Assembly (NCBI GenBank): GCA_052388515.1
Contig: JBQTHZ010000077.1
Coordinates: 6,351 to 70,350, forward strand
Direction: 5' to 3'
Length of the DNA: 64,000 nt
DNA from: Chloroflexota bacterium
GTDB lineage: Bacteria > Chloroflexota > Limnocylindria > QHBO01
Shown piece after piece: positions 19,142 to 28,615 of the stretch. Position 1 is the first letter of the stretch, and every line of letters begins with the position of its first letter. The notes below the pieces were generated by a model, which had not been told where the DNA came from, made no database searches, and saw nothing but the letters and a program-made list of their open reading frames with translations. The position numbers were made by a program, and so were the translations under genes.

Positions 19142-20980
19142 TCAGCGGACGAACGCGGATGCGTGGCGCCGGATCGCGAGGGCGGCATAGCCGAGACCGC
19201 CGGCGGCGGCAAGCGCCCCCACGCTGCCGAGCGGGCCGACCGCCTGGCAGGCCACCAGGTTCGGCGTCAGCCACAGCCCGCATCCAGGCGCCGCAACGAT
19301 GAGGAAGGCGGCGATGGCCGCTCCGATCCAGGAGACGTTGAATCCCAGGCCGTCGGCCCAGCCGCGCCGCAGCCACACACCGCGCGCAACCGCCAGGAAC
19401 CCGGCACCGACCGCCAGGAGACCGATGGTCGGGACCAGTCCCGTCGGGTCTGCCACCACGTCCGCCGCACCGACCGCCCCACCGACCAGGAGCACGCTGC
19501 CGACGGCCCCGAGCACTGCCCCCGCGACGATGAGCGGCGCGGGAAGACGGCCGGCTGCGATCGATTGCGGTCGCTCCACCGCTCGAGGCGGTGCCGCCCC
19601 CGCGGGCGGCGGTCCGGCGCGAGCCGGGTCGATCGCCACGGCCGCACGGTCGCGATCCGCAGCCGATCCGAACGCGGCGAGCAGGTCGAGACCGGCCGCG
19701 CGGATGCGCAGCGCGGGGCGGGATCCTCCGGCGCGGACAACGGCGCCCGACACCACATGGACGCCCGCGGCGCCGGCGTCGAGGCGCACCAGGATCGGTC
19801 CTTCGCCGGACGAGAGCGTGAGGATGCCGGATCCCGCGGGATCGCCGGTCCTGACCGATGGATCGCGCAGAGCGAACTGCCACGATCGCCGATCCACATC
19901 GTCCGCCGCAAGGAGGGCCAGGTGTCCCGGAGCACCGTCGACCACGACGCGCCGCGAACCCCGGCGATCGGTACCGAACAGGTCCGCCGACAGCTCGTCG
20001 CCGGCCTGCAACGGCCAGGTCGAGACTCGACCGGGAAGCGGATGCCGGCGGAAGATCGGATAGCCGATCAGCCAGCCGATGACCAGGATGGCGGAGAGCG
20101 CGGCGAGCACCATGGCCGGCAGGTACGTGATCTCCGCCAGCGGTGGCGTCACGCCCTCGGCGAGCAGACGGCGCTCAGGAAGCTCCCGATTCCCGAGTTC
20201 GGCGCGAAGCCCGGGAACCGCCGCCGCCTGCTCCGTCCGAAGGCGATCGGTCGCCGGGACGCCCCAGATATCGACCGGGAGCTCGTCCGGCGGGTATGGC
20301 GATCGGATGACGACCCCTCGATTCCCGTCACTGACGAGGTACTCCCAGCCCTCCCCGTCGGCCGCCGCTCGGCCGTCGGCGAACGCGCCTCGCAGGATGA
20401 CCTCCGGCTCGTCGAGACCGCTCCCACCGGGTGTCGCGACCGCGTCACCTGTGAGCGATGCTGGCCGCTCCGCGAGCTCGACCAGGTAGCGATCCGGATC
20501 CACGGCGAGACGGTCCAGGTCGCGGTCGGCGATGGCCGCCGACACCGCCGCCCGATCCTCGTCGACGCGCGCCACGATGGTCCGCGTCTGGCGTTCCTCG
20601 AGGCGCTCGGTCGAGCGGGCGATCATCGCAACGCTGTCATCGGTCGGGTCGGTCAGGAGGTAGTACCAGCGCTGCACCGACGCGCCGTACGACAACGAAT
20701 CCAGGAACGGGCCGCGCACGATCGACGAGGTCCCGACCCAGCCGGTGGCCCGAAGGTCGACGACGTCGGCGAGGCCGACCGGCTCGGGCCGCGGCTGGGT
20801 GGCCGTCGCGGCGCGCGCCCCCTCGATCGACCGCCACGCACCGACGGCGAGCAGCACGGCGACGATCAGCGCCCAGGGGATGCCGCGGGGCGCGAACCAG
20901 ATGATGCTGCCCACCAGGCGCCCGATGCCATGGGCGAGCCACCCGACTCCTGCGGCGGCACGACTGACAAGAGCGCTCAT
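19142..20980 (-). CDS. Hypothetical multi-pass membrane protein: N-terminal TM, two soluble domains, C-terminal 4-5 TM bundle
   Basis: 613 aa from MSALVSRAAAG. No recognisable catalytic motif. Lies directly downstream of a SWIM zinc-finger ORF. Confidence 0.45.
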   Translation of the reverse strand: MSALVSRAAAGVGWLAHGIGRLVGSIIWFAPRGIPWALIVAVLLAVGAWRSIEGARAATATQPRPEPVGLADVVDLRATGWVGTSSIVRGPFLDSLSYGASVQRWYYLLTDPTDDSVAMIARSTERLEERQTRTIVARVDEDRAAVSAAIADRDLDRLAVDPDRYLVELAERPASLTGDAVATPGGSGLDEPEVILRGAFADGRAAADGEGWEYLVSDGNRGVVIRSPYPPDELPVDIWGVPATDRLRTEQAAAVPGLRAELGNRELPERRLLAEGVTPPLAEITYLPAMVLAALSAILVIGWLIGYPIFRRHPLPGRVSTWPLQAGDELSADLFGTDRRGSRRVVVDGAPGHLALLAADDVDRRSWQFALRDPSVRTGDPAGSGILTLSSGEGPILVRLDAGAAGVHVVSGAVVRAGGSRPALRIRAAGLDLLAAFGSAADRDRAAVAIDPARAGPPPAGAAPPRAVERPQSIAAGRLPAPLIVAGAVLGAVGSVLLVGGAVGAADVVADPTGLVPTIGLLAVGAGFLAVARGVWLRRGWADGLGFNVSWIGAAIAAFLIVAAPGCGLWLTPNLVACQAVGPLGSVGALAAAGGLGYAALAIRRHASAFVR

Positions 20981-21058
20981 CGGCGGGTGACCCCGATCAA
21001 CGGCACGCGAAACCCGCCGGCGATGGAGCACCGGCGGGTCTCGGCAATGGCGGGCGAC

Positions 21059-21349
21059 CTAGGCGGGAACGGCCTCCTCGAGCGCCTCGGCGTGGCCGTA
21101 GAGCGGCGTCTGGCGGGCCGCCTCGGAGAGCATCGGGTCGAGCATCTTCTGCACTGCCAGCGTGTGGCTGCAGCCACCGGCGGATTCGAAGAGGTGACAG
21201 TCACACTGCCATGCATCGGCGTCGAGGGTGACGGTATGGGCGCCGTTGTCGCCGGCGAAGCTTGCCCTGACGGTCTGCAGCTTCACGCGGTCAGGCTCGT
21301 GCGCATAGCGCATCGCCTTCTCGACCTTGCCGATCATGCTCGAATGCAC
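21059..21349 (-). CDS. Small SWIM-type zinc-finger protein
   Basis: 96 aa. CxCx(n)CxH motif (WQCDCHLFESAGGCSH). 27 nt upstream of the membrane-protein gene. Confidence 0.45.
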   Translation of the reverse strand: MHSSMIGKVEKAMRYAHEPDRVKLQTVRASFAGDNGAHTVTLDADAWQCDCHLFESAGGCSHTLAVQKMLDPMLSEAARQTPLYGHAEALEEAVPA

Positions 21350-21391
21350 GTCGCGGTTACCTCCATGGCGCCGGTTGCTCCCGGCGCCCTA

Positions 21392-22582
21392 CTACGTAGC
21401 GTCCGTCGGGTCGGATCCGGTGGCCCTGGCGAGCCGCTCCTTGAGCATCGCCAGCAGTGTAACCGGCGTGGGGTCGGTCTGGTAGAGGATTGCAAGATAC
21501 ACGCTCACGAGATCGCCGTAGGCGACCCCGGTGAGGACGCGTGCCAGGGCCGAAGGCCCCTCCGCCCACACCTCGCTGCGATTGGTCGCGCGCTCACCGA
21601 GCAGCTCCTCGACCACGCGGTAGCGCTCGGCGATCGTCTCCGGCTCTGCCCGATCGCGGACCTGGATCACGTAGAGCGCGTCACCGAGCTCTCGCGGGTT
21701 GCGGCTGCCCTCGATGGCGTTGTGATTGGCCTCCGGCATCGGCTCGAAGGATGCCCAGGCCTTGGCATTCTCGTTCAGCTGGGTCTTCCACCGATGCGCC
21801 ACCGCCGCCATCGGCCCGTGGCCGTAGATGACCGGGATGCGGCCGAAGATCGACCACGCCAGTTGCTTCGCCGGATTGGCATCGGTCTCGACCGACGGCG
21901 CCGTCCGCTCGAGCAGCTCCTCGAGCGAGCCCACGACCGGGCCGAGCGGATCGGGATCGACGATGAGGCCGGCGCGAGCCAGCATCTCGTGGACGAGCCC
22001 CACGCCGAAGCCGATGGCGGCCCGCGGCTGCCCGGCGAGGCGGTACTGGAGCAGGGGCAATCCCGCCTGGGTGGCACCGGCCGCCAGCCGGCCCCCGGTC
22101 GTGATCACGGCCAGCGGCAGGTTGCGTTCGCGCGCTGCCGCAAAGCCGGACAGCGTCTCGGCGGTCTCGCCCGAGTGGCTGGCCGCGACGACCAGCGTCC
22201 GCTCCCCGATGCCGGCCGGCAACCCATAATCGCGATGAACATTCAGCGGCACGCGCAGCCGATCCCCCGCCGCGGCGGCGACCAGCTCAGCACCGATGGC
22301 GGAGCCACCCATGGCCAGCACCACGATGTTGTCGACGTCGGTGTGGCGCTCATCCAGGGTGATCGGCGCGGCCACGCGGCGTGCCTGGGACAGCTGCCGC
22401 GGCATCTCGGCGACCCGGCCCAGCATGTCGTCGGGGTCGATCCGCTTCAGCGTGGCCGGGTCGTCGAGCGTCACCGCCTCCTCGAAGAGTGGCTGGCGGC
22501 TGCCGTCCGCGTCGTCGGCGGGATCGGGCTTTCCCGGCTCCTCGTCCGGGTTCTTGTAGCCGAAGAAGTCGCGTGCGTCCAT
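21392..22582 (-). CDS. Bifunctional phosphoglucose/phosphomannose isomerase, SIS domain
   Basis: 396 aa from MDARDFF. SIS-domain core (VVLAMGGSAIGAEL...VVAASHSGETAET) of the archaeal-type PGI/PMI family. The ATG overlaps the pgm stop (TGATG). The N-terminal 248 residues of the track ORF are artifact. Confidence 0.7.
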   Translation of the reverse strand: MDARDFFGYKNPDEEPGKPDPADDADGSRQPLFEEAVTLDDPATLKRIDPDDMLGRVAEMPRQLSQARRVAAPITLDERHTDVDNIVVLAMGGSAIGAELVAAAAGDRLRVPLNVHRDYGLPAGIGERTLVVAASHSGETAETLSGFAAARERNLPLAVITTGGRLAAGATQAGLPLLQYRLAGQPRAAIGFGVGLVHEMLARAGLIVDPDPLGPVVGSLEELLERTAPSVETDANPAKQLAWSIFGRIPVIYGHGPMAAVAHRWKTQLNENAKAWASFEPMPEANHNAIEGSRNPRELGDALYVIQVRDRAEPETIAERYRVVEELLGERATNRSEVWAEGPSALARVLTGVAYGDLVSVYLAILYQTDPTPVTLLAMLKERLARATGSDPTDAT

Positions 22583-24030
22583 CAGCGTCCGGCGTCCGCG
22601 ATGCGGCGGCCCTCGGCCAGCAGCGCCTCGACGTCCTCGGGCGAGCGGGCCTCCACGTAGACACGCAGCAGCGCCTCCGTGCCACTGAAGCGGATCAGCA
22701 GCCACGAGCCATCGGTGCGGTCGAACTTGAAGCCGTCGTTGGTCTCGAGCGCCTTGCGCTCGACGACCTCCTGGCCCGACAGCGTGGCGGGCGCCTCGTT
22801 CGCCAGCCGCGCGAGCGTGTCGGTCTTGACCGCGTCGTAGCCCTCGCGTGCGAAGCGAATGTCGATGCGGTTGTAGTAGCTCGGCCCCGCCAGCGCCTGG
22901 AGCTCGGCGAGGACCTCGGATGCCCGCTTGCGCTTCGTCAGCCACAAATCGAGCAGGAAGAGGCCGGCCGCGATGCCGTCGCGCTCGGGAATATGCATCC
23001 CGAACCCGAAGCCGCCGGACTCCTCGCCGCCGATGACAGCGTCCGTCTCGGTCATCTTCGGCCCGACGAACTTGAACCCGACGCCGGTCTCGTGGGCCTG
23101 GGTGCCGTAGATCTCGGCGAGCCGCTTCGCCATGCTGGTCGTGGTCACCGTATAGACAGCCGGGCCGATCTGGTCCCGAACGTCCAGCAGATACCAGTAC
23201 AGGAGGCCATACACCTGCAGCTGGTTGACGAAGACTCCCTCCTCCGTCGCCATGCCGACGCGGTCGGCATCCCCGTCGAAGGCGATGCCGATGTCGGCGC
23301 CCCAGCTCGGGATCTCGGCGAGCCACTCGTCGATGTTGGGACGAATCGGCTCTGGATTGACGCCCCCGAAGAACGGGTTGCGCTCCGTGTGCAGCTCACG
23401 CACGGTCAGCCTCGCGCCACCGAGCAACCGCGTCATCCAACCCGAGCCGGAGCCGTGCAGCGTCTCGACCAGCACACGCCTGTCGGCTTTGCGGATGCGC
23501 TCGATGTCGACGATGCCGGCAAGCTGCGCGCGGAACTTCGGATAGGCATCAAAGGTCTCGACCAGGCCGGCGCGGACCGCATCGTCATAGTCCCGTCGTG
23601 GAGGCAGCTCCTCCTCGCGATGGGTGTCCATCGTCGCCTCGATGGCGGCCAGCATCTCGGGAGCGGCCGCACCGCCACTGTCGGCCTTGACCTTGAAGCC
23701 GTTATCGGTCCACGGGTTATGGCTGGCCGTGATGACGATCCCGGCGCCCGCATTCAGCTCGCGCGTGAAGTAGCTGCCGACCTGGGTCGGGACGGCCTCG
23801 GGTGGCGCATAGCTCCGGATATCGTGCGCTGCGAGCACCTCGATGCATGCACGGGCAAAGTGCTCGGAGGCGAACCTGCGATCGTGGCAGACCACCACGC
23901 CGCGTTCCGCGGCGCCGGTCTGTCGCAGGTACTCGGCAACGCCGCGCGCGCAGCGGCGGACGTTGTGAAAGGTGTATTCCTCGGCGATGGCCGCACGCCA
24001 GCCGTCGGTTCCGAACTTGATCTTCGTCAC
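22582..24030 (-). CDS. Phosphoglucomutase/phosphomannomutase (alpha-D-phosphohexomutase family)
   Basis: 482 aa. MTKIKFGTDGWR N-terminus, active-site TASHNP, Mg loop FDGDADR. Confidence 0.85.
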   Translation of the reverse strand: MTKIKFGTDGWRAAIAEEYTFHNVRRCARGVAEYLRQTGAAERGVVVCHDRRFASEHFARACIEVLAAHDIRSYAPPEAVPTQVGSYFTRELNAGAGIVITASHNPWTDNGFKVKADSGGAAAPEMLAAIEATMDTHREEELPPRRDYDDAVRAGLVETFDAYPKFRAQLAGIVDIERIRKADRRVLVETLHGSGSGWMTRLLGGARLTVRELHTERNPFFGGVNPEPIRPNIDEWLAEIPSWGADIGIAFDGDADRVGMATEEGVFVNQLQVYGLLYWYLLDVRDQIGPAVYTVTTTSMAKRLAEIYGTQAHETGVGFKFVGPKMTETDAVIGGEESGGFGFGMHIPERDGIAAGLFLLDLWLTKRKRASEVLAELQALAGPSYYNRIDIRFAREGYDAVKTDTLARLANEAPATLSGQEVVERKALETNDGFKFDRTDGSWLLIRFSGTEALLRVYVEARSPEDVEALLAEGRRIADAGR

Positions 24031-24131
24031 GTGGGGATGGGCACTCGTCTACCGGGTCCCTCGACACTGGCCCTCATCGTACCCTCTCAGGTCGCCGCCC
24101 GGCGCTGTGATGCGCGCCGCGGAACCTGGCC

Positions 24132-24170
24132 CACGAAGTCACGAATCCACGAACCCGCGGCTCAACGAAC
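24132..24170. promoter_or_regulatory. Tandem CACGAA-N2 direct repeats (x3 plus a fourth partial) in the pgm upstream region
   Basis: CACGAAGT-CACGAATC-CACGAACC at 24132-24155 and ACGAACC at 24164-24170. Lies 100-140 nt upstream of the pgm start and straddles the stop of the acyltransferase gene. Confidence 0.3.
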
Positions 24171-24797
24171 CGATCGCCGGTCGGCCCGAGAGGTCGCATC
24201 GTCGAGCGCGGCCTGGAGGCGAGCAAGGAGCGGACGCAACGGCTCACGAGGTTCGACCGTGATCGGCTCCGCCTGCTCGACACGCAGCCGGCAGAACGGG
24301 AGCGGGACGACATGTCGGTCCCAGCGACCCCGCAGGCGCAGTGCGGGACGCGCGGCCACCGCCCATGGCTGGATCGGCACGCCGGCCTCGCGAGCGACGA
24401 TCAGCGCGCCCGGCTTGGCGCGCCGATACGGTCCGACCGGACCGTCGGGGCTGATGACGAGGGATGCTCCCTCGCGGCCGACACGTGCCAGCTCCAGCGA
24501 GAGGCGGGCCGCCTCCGCCCGTTCGCCCTCGGGCGGCAGGGGCACCGAGCCGGCGTCGAGCGCTGCGAGCATCGCGGTCATGACCTCGCCCCGGAAGGTC
24601 TGGGTGCTGAAGCTGACGTGGTGCTGATGCCTCCGCAGCCGGTGCGCGGCGGTCGCCGCAACCAGGTTGTACTCGTGCCAGAACGCCAGGACCACCTGCT
24701 CCTGGGTCGCGGCCGGCCCATGCACACGGCAGGTGGCCGAGACGAGCCGAACATAGCCAGCCATGAGGATGCCGATGAACCGTGCCAGCCACCGCAT
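24162..24797 (-). CDS. DUF374/lysophospholipid acyltransferase family protein
   Basis: 211 aa. LAFWHE motif and overall similarity to DUF374 acyltransferases. Confidence 0.5.
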   Translation of the reverse strand: MRWLARFIGILMAGYVRLVSATCRVHGPAATQEQVVLAFWHEYNLVAATAAHRLRRHQHHVSFSTQTFRGEVMTAMLAALDAGSVPLPPEGERAEAARLSLELARVGREGASLVISPDGPVGPYRRAKPGALIVAREAGVPIQPWAVAARPALRLRGRWDRHVVPLPFCRLRVEQAEPITVEPREPLRPLLARLQAALDDATSRADRRSVR

Positions 24798-24811
24798 CGC
24801 CTCGAAACGGG

Positions 24812-25882
24812 CTAGAGGTAGCGCTCGCCGGCGGTCCGCGCGATCTCGTCGAGCACCGGCTTGATCTCCTCTGCCCGGTCGCGATGGCAGACGAGGAGCG
24901 CATCAGGCGTGTCGACGATGATCAGGTCCTCGAGCCCAACGGTCACGATCAGCCGGTCGCCGCCGTGGACGAGGACGCGGTGCGAGCCACGGTCGAGGTG
25001 GTGGCCGCTGGCGACGAGATCGGCGCCGCTGGCCCCGGAGAGCGCCTCGAGGAGCGACGACCATGAGCCGATGTCGGACCAGCCCGCGTTCAGTGGAACG
25101 ACGGCCATGCGCCCCTCGGCGGCGGCCGGTTCGGCGATCCCGACGTCGATCGTGATCGCCGGCACGGCTTCCAGGATGGTGCGGGTCTCGGTCATCCATC
25201 CGGGCGTTCGATGCAGCTGCTCGATGCGCTCGAGCGCCGCGGCGAGCTCGGGCTGGAATCGCTCGACCGCCTGGCGGAACGCGTAGACGCGCCACACGAA
25301 GATGCCGGCGTTCCAGTAGTGGCTCCCCTCCGCCAGGAAGGCGGCGGCGTGGGTCGCGTCCGGCTTCTCCACGAATCGCTCGACGAGCGCGGTGGGTACC
25401 GCCGCGTGCATCGGCGCGCCGGCCTTGATGTACCCGTAGCCGGTGGCCGCGTGGGTGGGAACCACCCCGAGGGTGACGAGATAGCCGCGCTCAGCGGCCC
25501 GCGCAGCCTCGCGCAGGCCCTCGGCGAACGCGGCCTCGTCGGCGACGAAGTGGTCGGCCGGCAGCACGATCGCCACCTCGTCGCTCTCGCGGCGAGCCAT
25601 CACCGTGGCCAGCCCGGCGGCGACCGCCGTCGAACGAGCGAGCGGCTCGCCGAGCACGTTGTCCTCGGGCAGCTGCGGGAGCTGGCGCTGGGTGGGGCGC
25701 ACGTGCGCCTGGCTGGTGATGACGTAGATGTCCTGTGGTTTGAGCACGCCCCCGAGCCGCGACACCGTCTGCTGGAGCAGGCTCGTGTCGCCGGTCAGGG
25801 GAAGCAGCTGCTTCGGGGTCTCGCGACGGGAGAGCGGCCAGAGCCGAGTGCCCGACCCTCCCGCCATCACAATGGCGAACAT
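24812..25882 (-). CDS. manC: Mannose-1-phosphate guanylyltransferase
   Basis: Start MFAIVMAGGSGTRLWPLS (nucleotidyltransferase G-loop). Full GMP fold. The ATG overlaps the proC stop (TGATG). Confidence 0.8.
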   Translation of the reverse strand: MFAIVMAGGSGTRLWPLSRRETPKQLLPLTGDTSLLQQTVSRLGGVLKPQDIYVITSQAHVRPTQRQLPQLPEDNVLGEPLARSTAVAAGLATVMARRESDEVAIVLPADHFVADEAAFAEGLREAARAAERGYLVTLGVVPTHAATGYGYIKAGAPMHAAVPTALVERFVEKPDATHAAAFLAEGSHYWNAGIFVWRVYAFRQAVERFQPELAAALERIEQLHRTPGWMTETRTILEAVPAITIDVGIAEPAAAEGRMAVVPLNAGWSDIGSWSSLLEALSGASGADLVASGHHLDRGSHRVLVHGGDRLIVTVGLEDLIIVDTPDALLVCHRDRAEEIKPVLDEIARTAGERYL

Positions 25883-26727
25883 CAGCCGCGGTCGACCTCG
25901 GCTTCGAGGCGTTCGCCCAGTTCGAGCGTCCGCCGGTAGGCGGCCCACACCGCATCGGAGAAGACGGTGCGGATCCGGCCCTTCTCGAGCTCGTAGATGG
26001 CTGCCGCGCTCGTCCCGCCTGGCGAGGTGACCGCGTTGCGCAGCTGAGCCGGGTGCAGTTCCGACTGCTGTGCATACTCGGATGATCCAACCAGGGTGGC
26101 CACCACCAGGTCATGTGCCAGCTCGCGGGGGAACCCCATGTGGACGCCGGCGTCGATGAGCGCCTCCATGACCGCGAACAGGTAGGTCGGGCCGGTCCCG
26201 GAGAGCGCGGTCGCCATGGCAACGAATGCCTCGTCGGCAACCTCGCGCTCGTCCCCGAGCGAACGGAGCGCGGCCCGCGCAAGGTCGCGCTGCCGCGCCG
26301 TGCACGCCTCCGAAGGGCTCCAGACCGTCATCCCCCGCCGGATCTGGGACGCCGTGTTGGGCATGGCACGCACCACCGCTGCGTGCTGCAGGCCGTCGAC
26401 GAGGGTCCGCAGCGTCGCGCCGGCCACGATCGAGAGCACCACCTGCTCCTGGCCGATCCGCCCGCGAAGCTCCCGCATGACGCGCGCCAGCATCTGCGGC
26501 TTCACGGCCAGCACCACGATCTCGGCATCGACCAGCGCGTCGCGGTTCGCGGCCACCGGCCGGATGCCATGGCGCTCGGTGAGAAGGTCACGCCGCTCGC
26601 GGCGCGGGTGTGACGCGGCCAGGAGCGGGGGCGTCACGGCACGGTTGGCAAGCAGCCCGGCGATCATCGCTTCGGCCATCACGCCGGCCCCGATGATCCC
26701 GACCCGCATCGGTCGACGTGCGGTCAT
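25882..26727 (-). CDS. proC: Pyrroline-5-carboxylate reductase
   Basis: 281 aa. Rossmann GIIGAGVMAEAM and P5CR C-terminal domain. The ATG overlaps the stop of the upstream TPR-like ORF. Confidence 0.85.
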   Translation of the reverse strand: MTARRPMRVGIIGAGVMAEAMIAGLLANRAVTPPLLAASHPRRERRDLLTERHGIRPVAANRDALVDAEIVVLAVKPQMLARVMRELRGRIGQEQVVLSIVAGATLRTLVDGLQHAAVVRAMPNTASQIRRGMTVWSPSEACTARQRDLARAALRSLGDEREVADEAFVAMATALSGTGPTYLFAVMEALIDAGVHMGFPRELAHDLVVATLVGSSEYAQQSELHPAQLRNAVTSPGGTSAAAIYELEKGRIRTVFSDAVWAAYRRTLELGERLEAEVDRG

Positions 26728-27365
26728 GCGGTCTCCTCCGTCTCCGTCCCCATCACCGCCACCTCCGTGCCGTGCAGCCGGCGAGCTTCGGCGATCTCGC
26801 CGGCCGGCGCGCCCGCCCGATCGAGCAGCGTCTCCGACGCGCCGGCCAGGCGCCGAGCACTCGTCACGTCGCCGAGCTGGAGCAGTGCCTGCCCCAGTCC
26901 GAGGGCCGCGAGCCCCTGCTCGTGCTCCGCGCCGATGTCACGCGCCTCGTCGATCGCCTCGGCGTAGTAGGAGCGCGCGCTCTCGGGATCGCCGGCTGCG
27001 AATCGCAGGTCGCCGATCCGGCGCGCCTGCCTGGCGGCCTGCAGCGTCATGCCGGCCTGCTCGAAGTGCCAGAGCGCGCGATGGCCCCAGACATCTGCCG
27101 GCCACCAGTCGCGTGCCGCCACGGCGTGCTCCGTGGCCGATGCCGCGGCAGCTCCGGCACGTCGGTGGTCGCCCGCTCGCTCCGCCTCCAGGTACGGAAC
27201 CGCGAGCTCACTGCGTCGCAACGCAAGCGGGAGCTCGCGGAGGCCGTTCCTCGGCGTGGGGCCAGCTGTGCCGAGCGCAGCCCGGGCTCGTGCCAGGAGT
27301 CGTTGGATCGGCCCGGGCTGCGGCTCGCCCCAGGATGGTCGTGCGTGCGCGTGTTCGCTGCCCAT
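26724..27365 (-). CDS. Hypothetical TPR-like repeat protein
   Basis: 213 aa. Helical, Ala/Leu-rich, TPR-like repeats. No enzymatic motif. Confidence 0.35.
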   Translation of the reverse strand: MGSEHAHARPSWGEPQPGPIQRLLARARAALGTAGPTPRNGLRELPLALRRSELAVPYLEAERAGDHRRAGAAAASATEHAVAARDWWPADVWGHRALWHFEQAGMTLQAARQARRIGDLRFAAGDPESARSYYAEAIDEARDIGAEHEQGLAALGLGQALLQLGDVTSARRLAGASETLLDRAGAPAGEIAEARRLHGTEVAVMGTETEETA

Positions 27366-27372
27366 CGATTCG

Positions 27373-28566
27373 TCAGCTGCGGCTCGCCGCGGTCAGCTCG
27401 TCGACCCGGTCGAGGCGCTCCCACGGCAGGTCGAGGTCGTCTCGCCCGAAGTGACCATACGCGGCCGTCTGACGGTAGATCGGCTGGCGGAGCTGGAGGT
27501 CGCGGATGATGGCGCCGGGTCGCAGGTCGAAGGTTCGCTCGATCGCATCTTCCAGGCGTCCGTCATCGATCGCGCCGGTGCCATAGGTCTGCAGATTGAT
27601 GGCCAGCGGTCGCGCCACGCCGATGGCGTAGGCGAGCTGGATCTCGCAGCGGCGCGCGAGGCCGGCCGCCACCACGTGCTTGGCCACGTACCGCGCCATG
27701 TAGGCGCCGGATCGGTCCACCTTGGTCGGATCCTTGCCGGAGAAGCTGCCCCCGCCATGGCGCGCCATGCCGCCGTAGGTGTCGACGATGATCTTGCGTC
27801 CGGAGAGCCCGGAGTCCCCCATCGGTCCGCCGATCACGAACCGCCCGGTCGGGTTGACGAGATGCCTCGTGTCGCCGTCCAGGAGCTCGGCGGGGATCGC
27901 GGCCTCGACCACGTGCTCGCGCACCGCTGCTGCCAGCTCGGTCAGGTCGACCTCGGGGTCGTGCTGCGTGCTGACGAGCACGGTGTGCACGCGCCGCGGG
28001 AGGCCGTCGGTGTCGTACTCCACCGTCACCTGGCTCTTGCCGTCGGGGCGCAGGAAGGGGAGGGTACCTGCCCTGCGCACCTCCGCCAGGCGGCGCGCCA
28101 CCCGGTGGGCCAGCATGATCGGCATCGGCATCAGCTCGCCTGACTCATCCGATGCATAGCCGAACATCATGCCCTGGTCACCGGCACCCAGCTCATCGGC
28201 CTCCAGGCCTTCGCGAGCCTCGAGCGCGTGGTCCACGCCGAGCGCGATATCGGGCGACTGCTCCTTGAGGGCGGTCATCGTCCCGCACGTCTCCCAGTCG
28301 AAGCCGAGGCGGCTGTCGTTGTAGCCGATCTCGCGCACGGTGCGCCGGACCACCTCCTGGATGTCGACGTAATGGGAGGTCGTGAGCTCGCCCAGGACCA
28401 TGACGAGGCCGGTCGTCGTCGCAACCTCGACCGCGGCACGGGCCGTGGGGTCATGGCGCAGCACGTCGTCGAGGATCGCGTCGGCGACGGCGTCGCAGAG
28501 CTTGTCGGGGTGTCCCTCCGTCACCGATTCGGACGTGAACAGGGCGGGCGAGGTCGGGTCTGGCAT
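27373..28566 (-). CDS. metK: S-adenosylmethionine synthetase
   Basis: Homology begins at [36 protein letters not shown] and DxGxTGRK motifs present. The 70 residues before it in the track ORF are artifact. Confidence 0.9.
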   Translation of the reverse strand: MPDPTSPALFTSESVTEGHPDKLCDAVADAILDDVLRHDPTARAAVEVATTTGLVMVLGELTTSHYVDIQEVVRRTVREIGYNDSRLGFDWETCGTMTALKEQSPDIALGVDHALEAREGLEADELGAGDQGMMFGYASDESGELMPMPIMLAHRVARRLAEVRRAGTLPFLRPDGKSQVTVEYDTDGLPRRVHTVLVSTQHDPEVDLTELAAAVREHVVEAAIPAELLDGDTRHLVNPTGRFVIGGPMGDSGLSGRKIIVDTYGGMARHGGGSFSGKDPTKVDRSGAYMARYVAKHVVAAGLARRCEIQLAYAIGVARPLAINLQTYGTGAIDDGRLEDAIERTFDLRPGAIIRDLQLRQPIYRQTAAYGHFGRDDLDLPWERLDRVDELTAASRS

Positions 28567-28615
28567 CGGGTCTCCCAGGCGGCTGAAGAGGCGCGGCGAG
28601 TGTAGCGCCGATGCC

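Noticed and set aside
19163-22660. 1165-aa plus-strand ORF, plus similar giants at 12808-15624, 31600-34287, 44534-46780, 50981-53500, 5850-7457 (upstream part) and 15641-16819
   Set aside because: All are antisense to well-supported genes, have R/G/P-rich low-complexity composition and no recognisable domains. They arise from stop-codon depletion in high-GC DNA.
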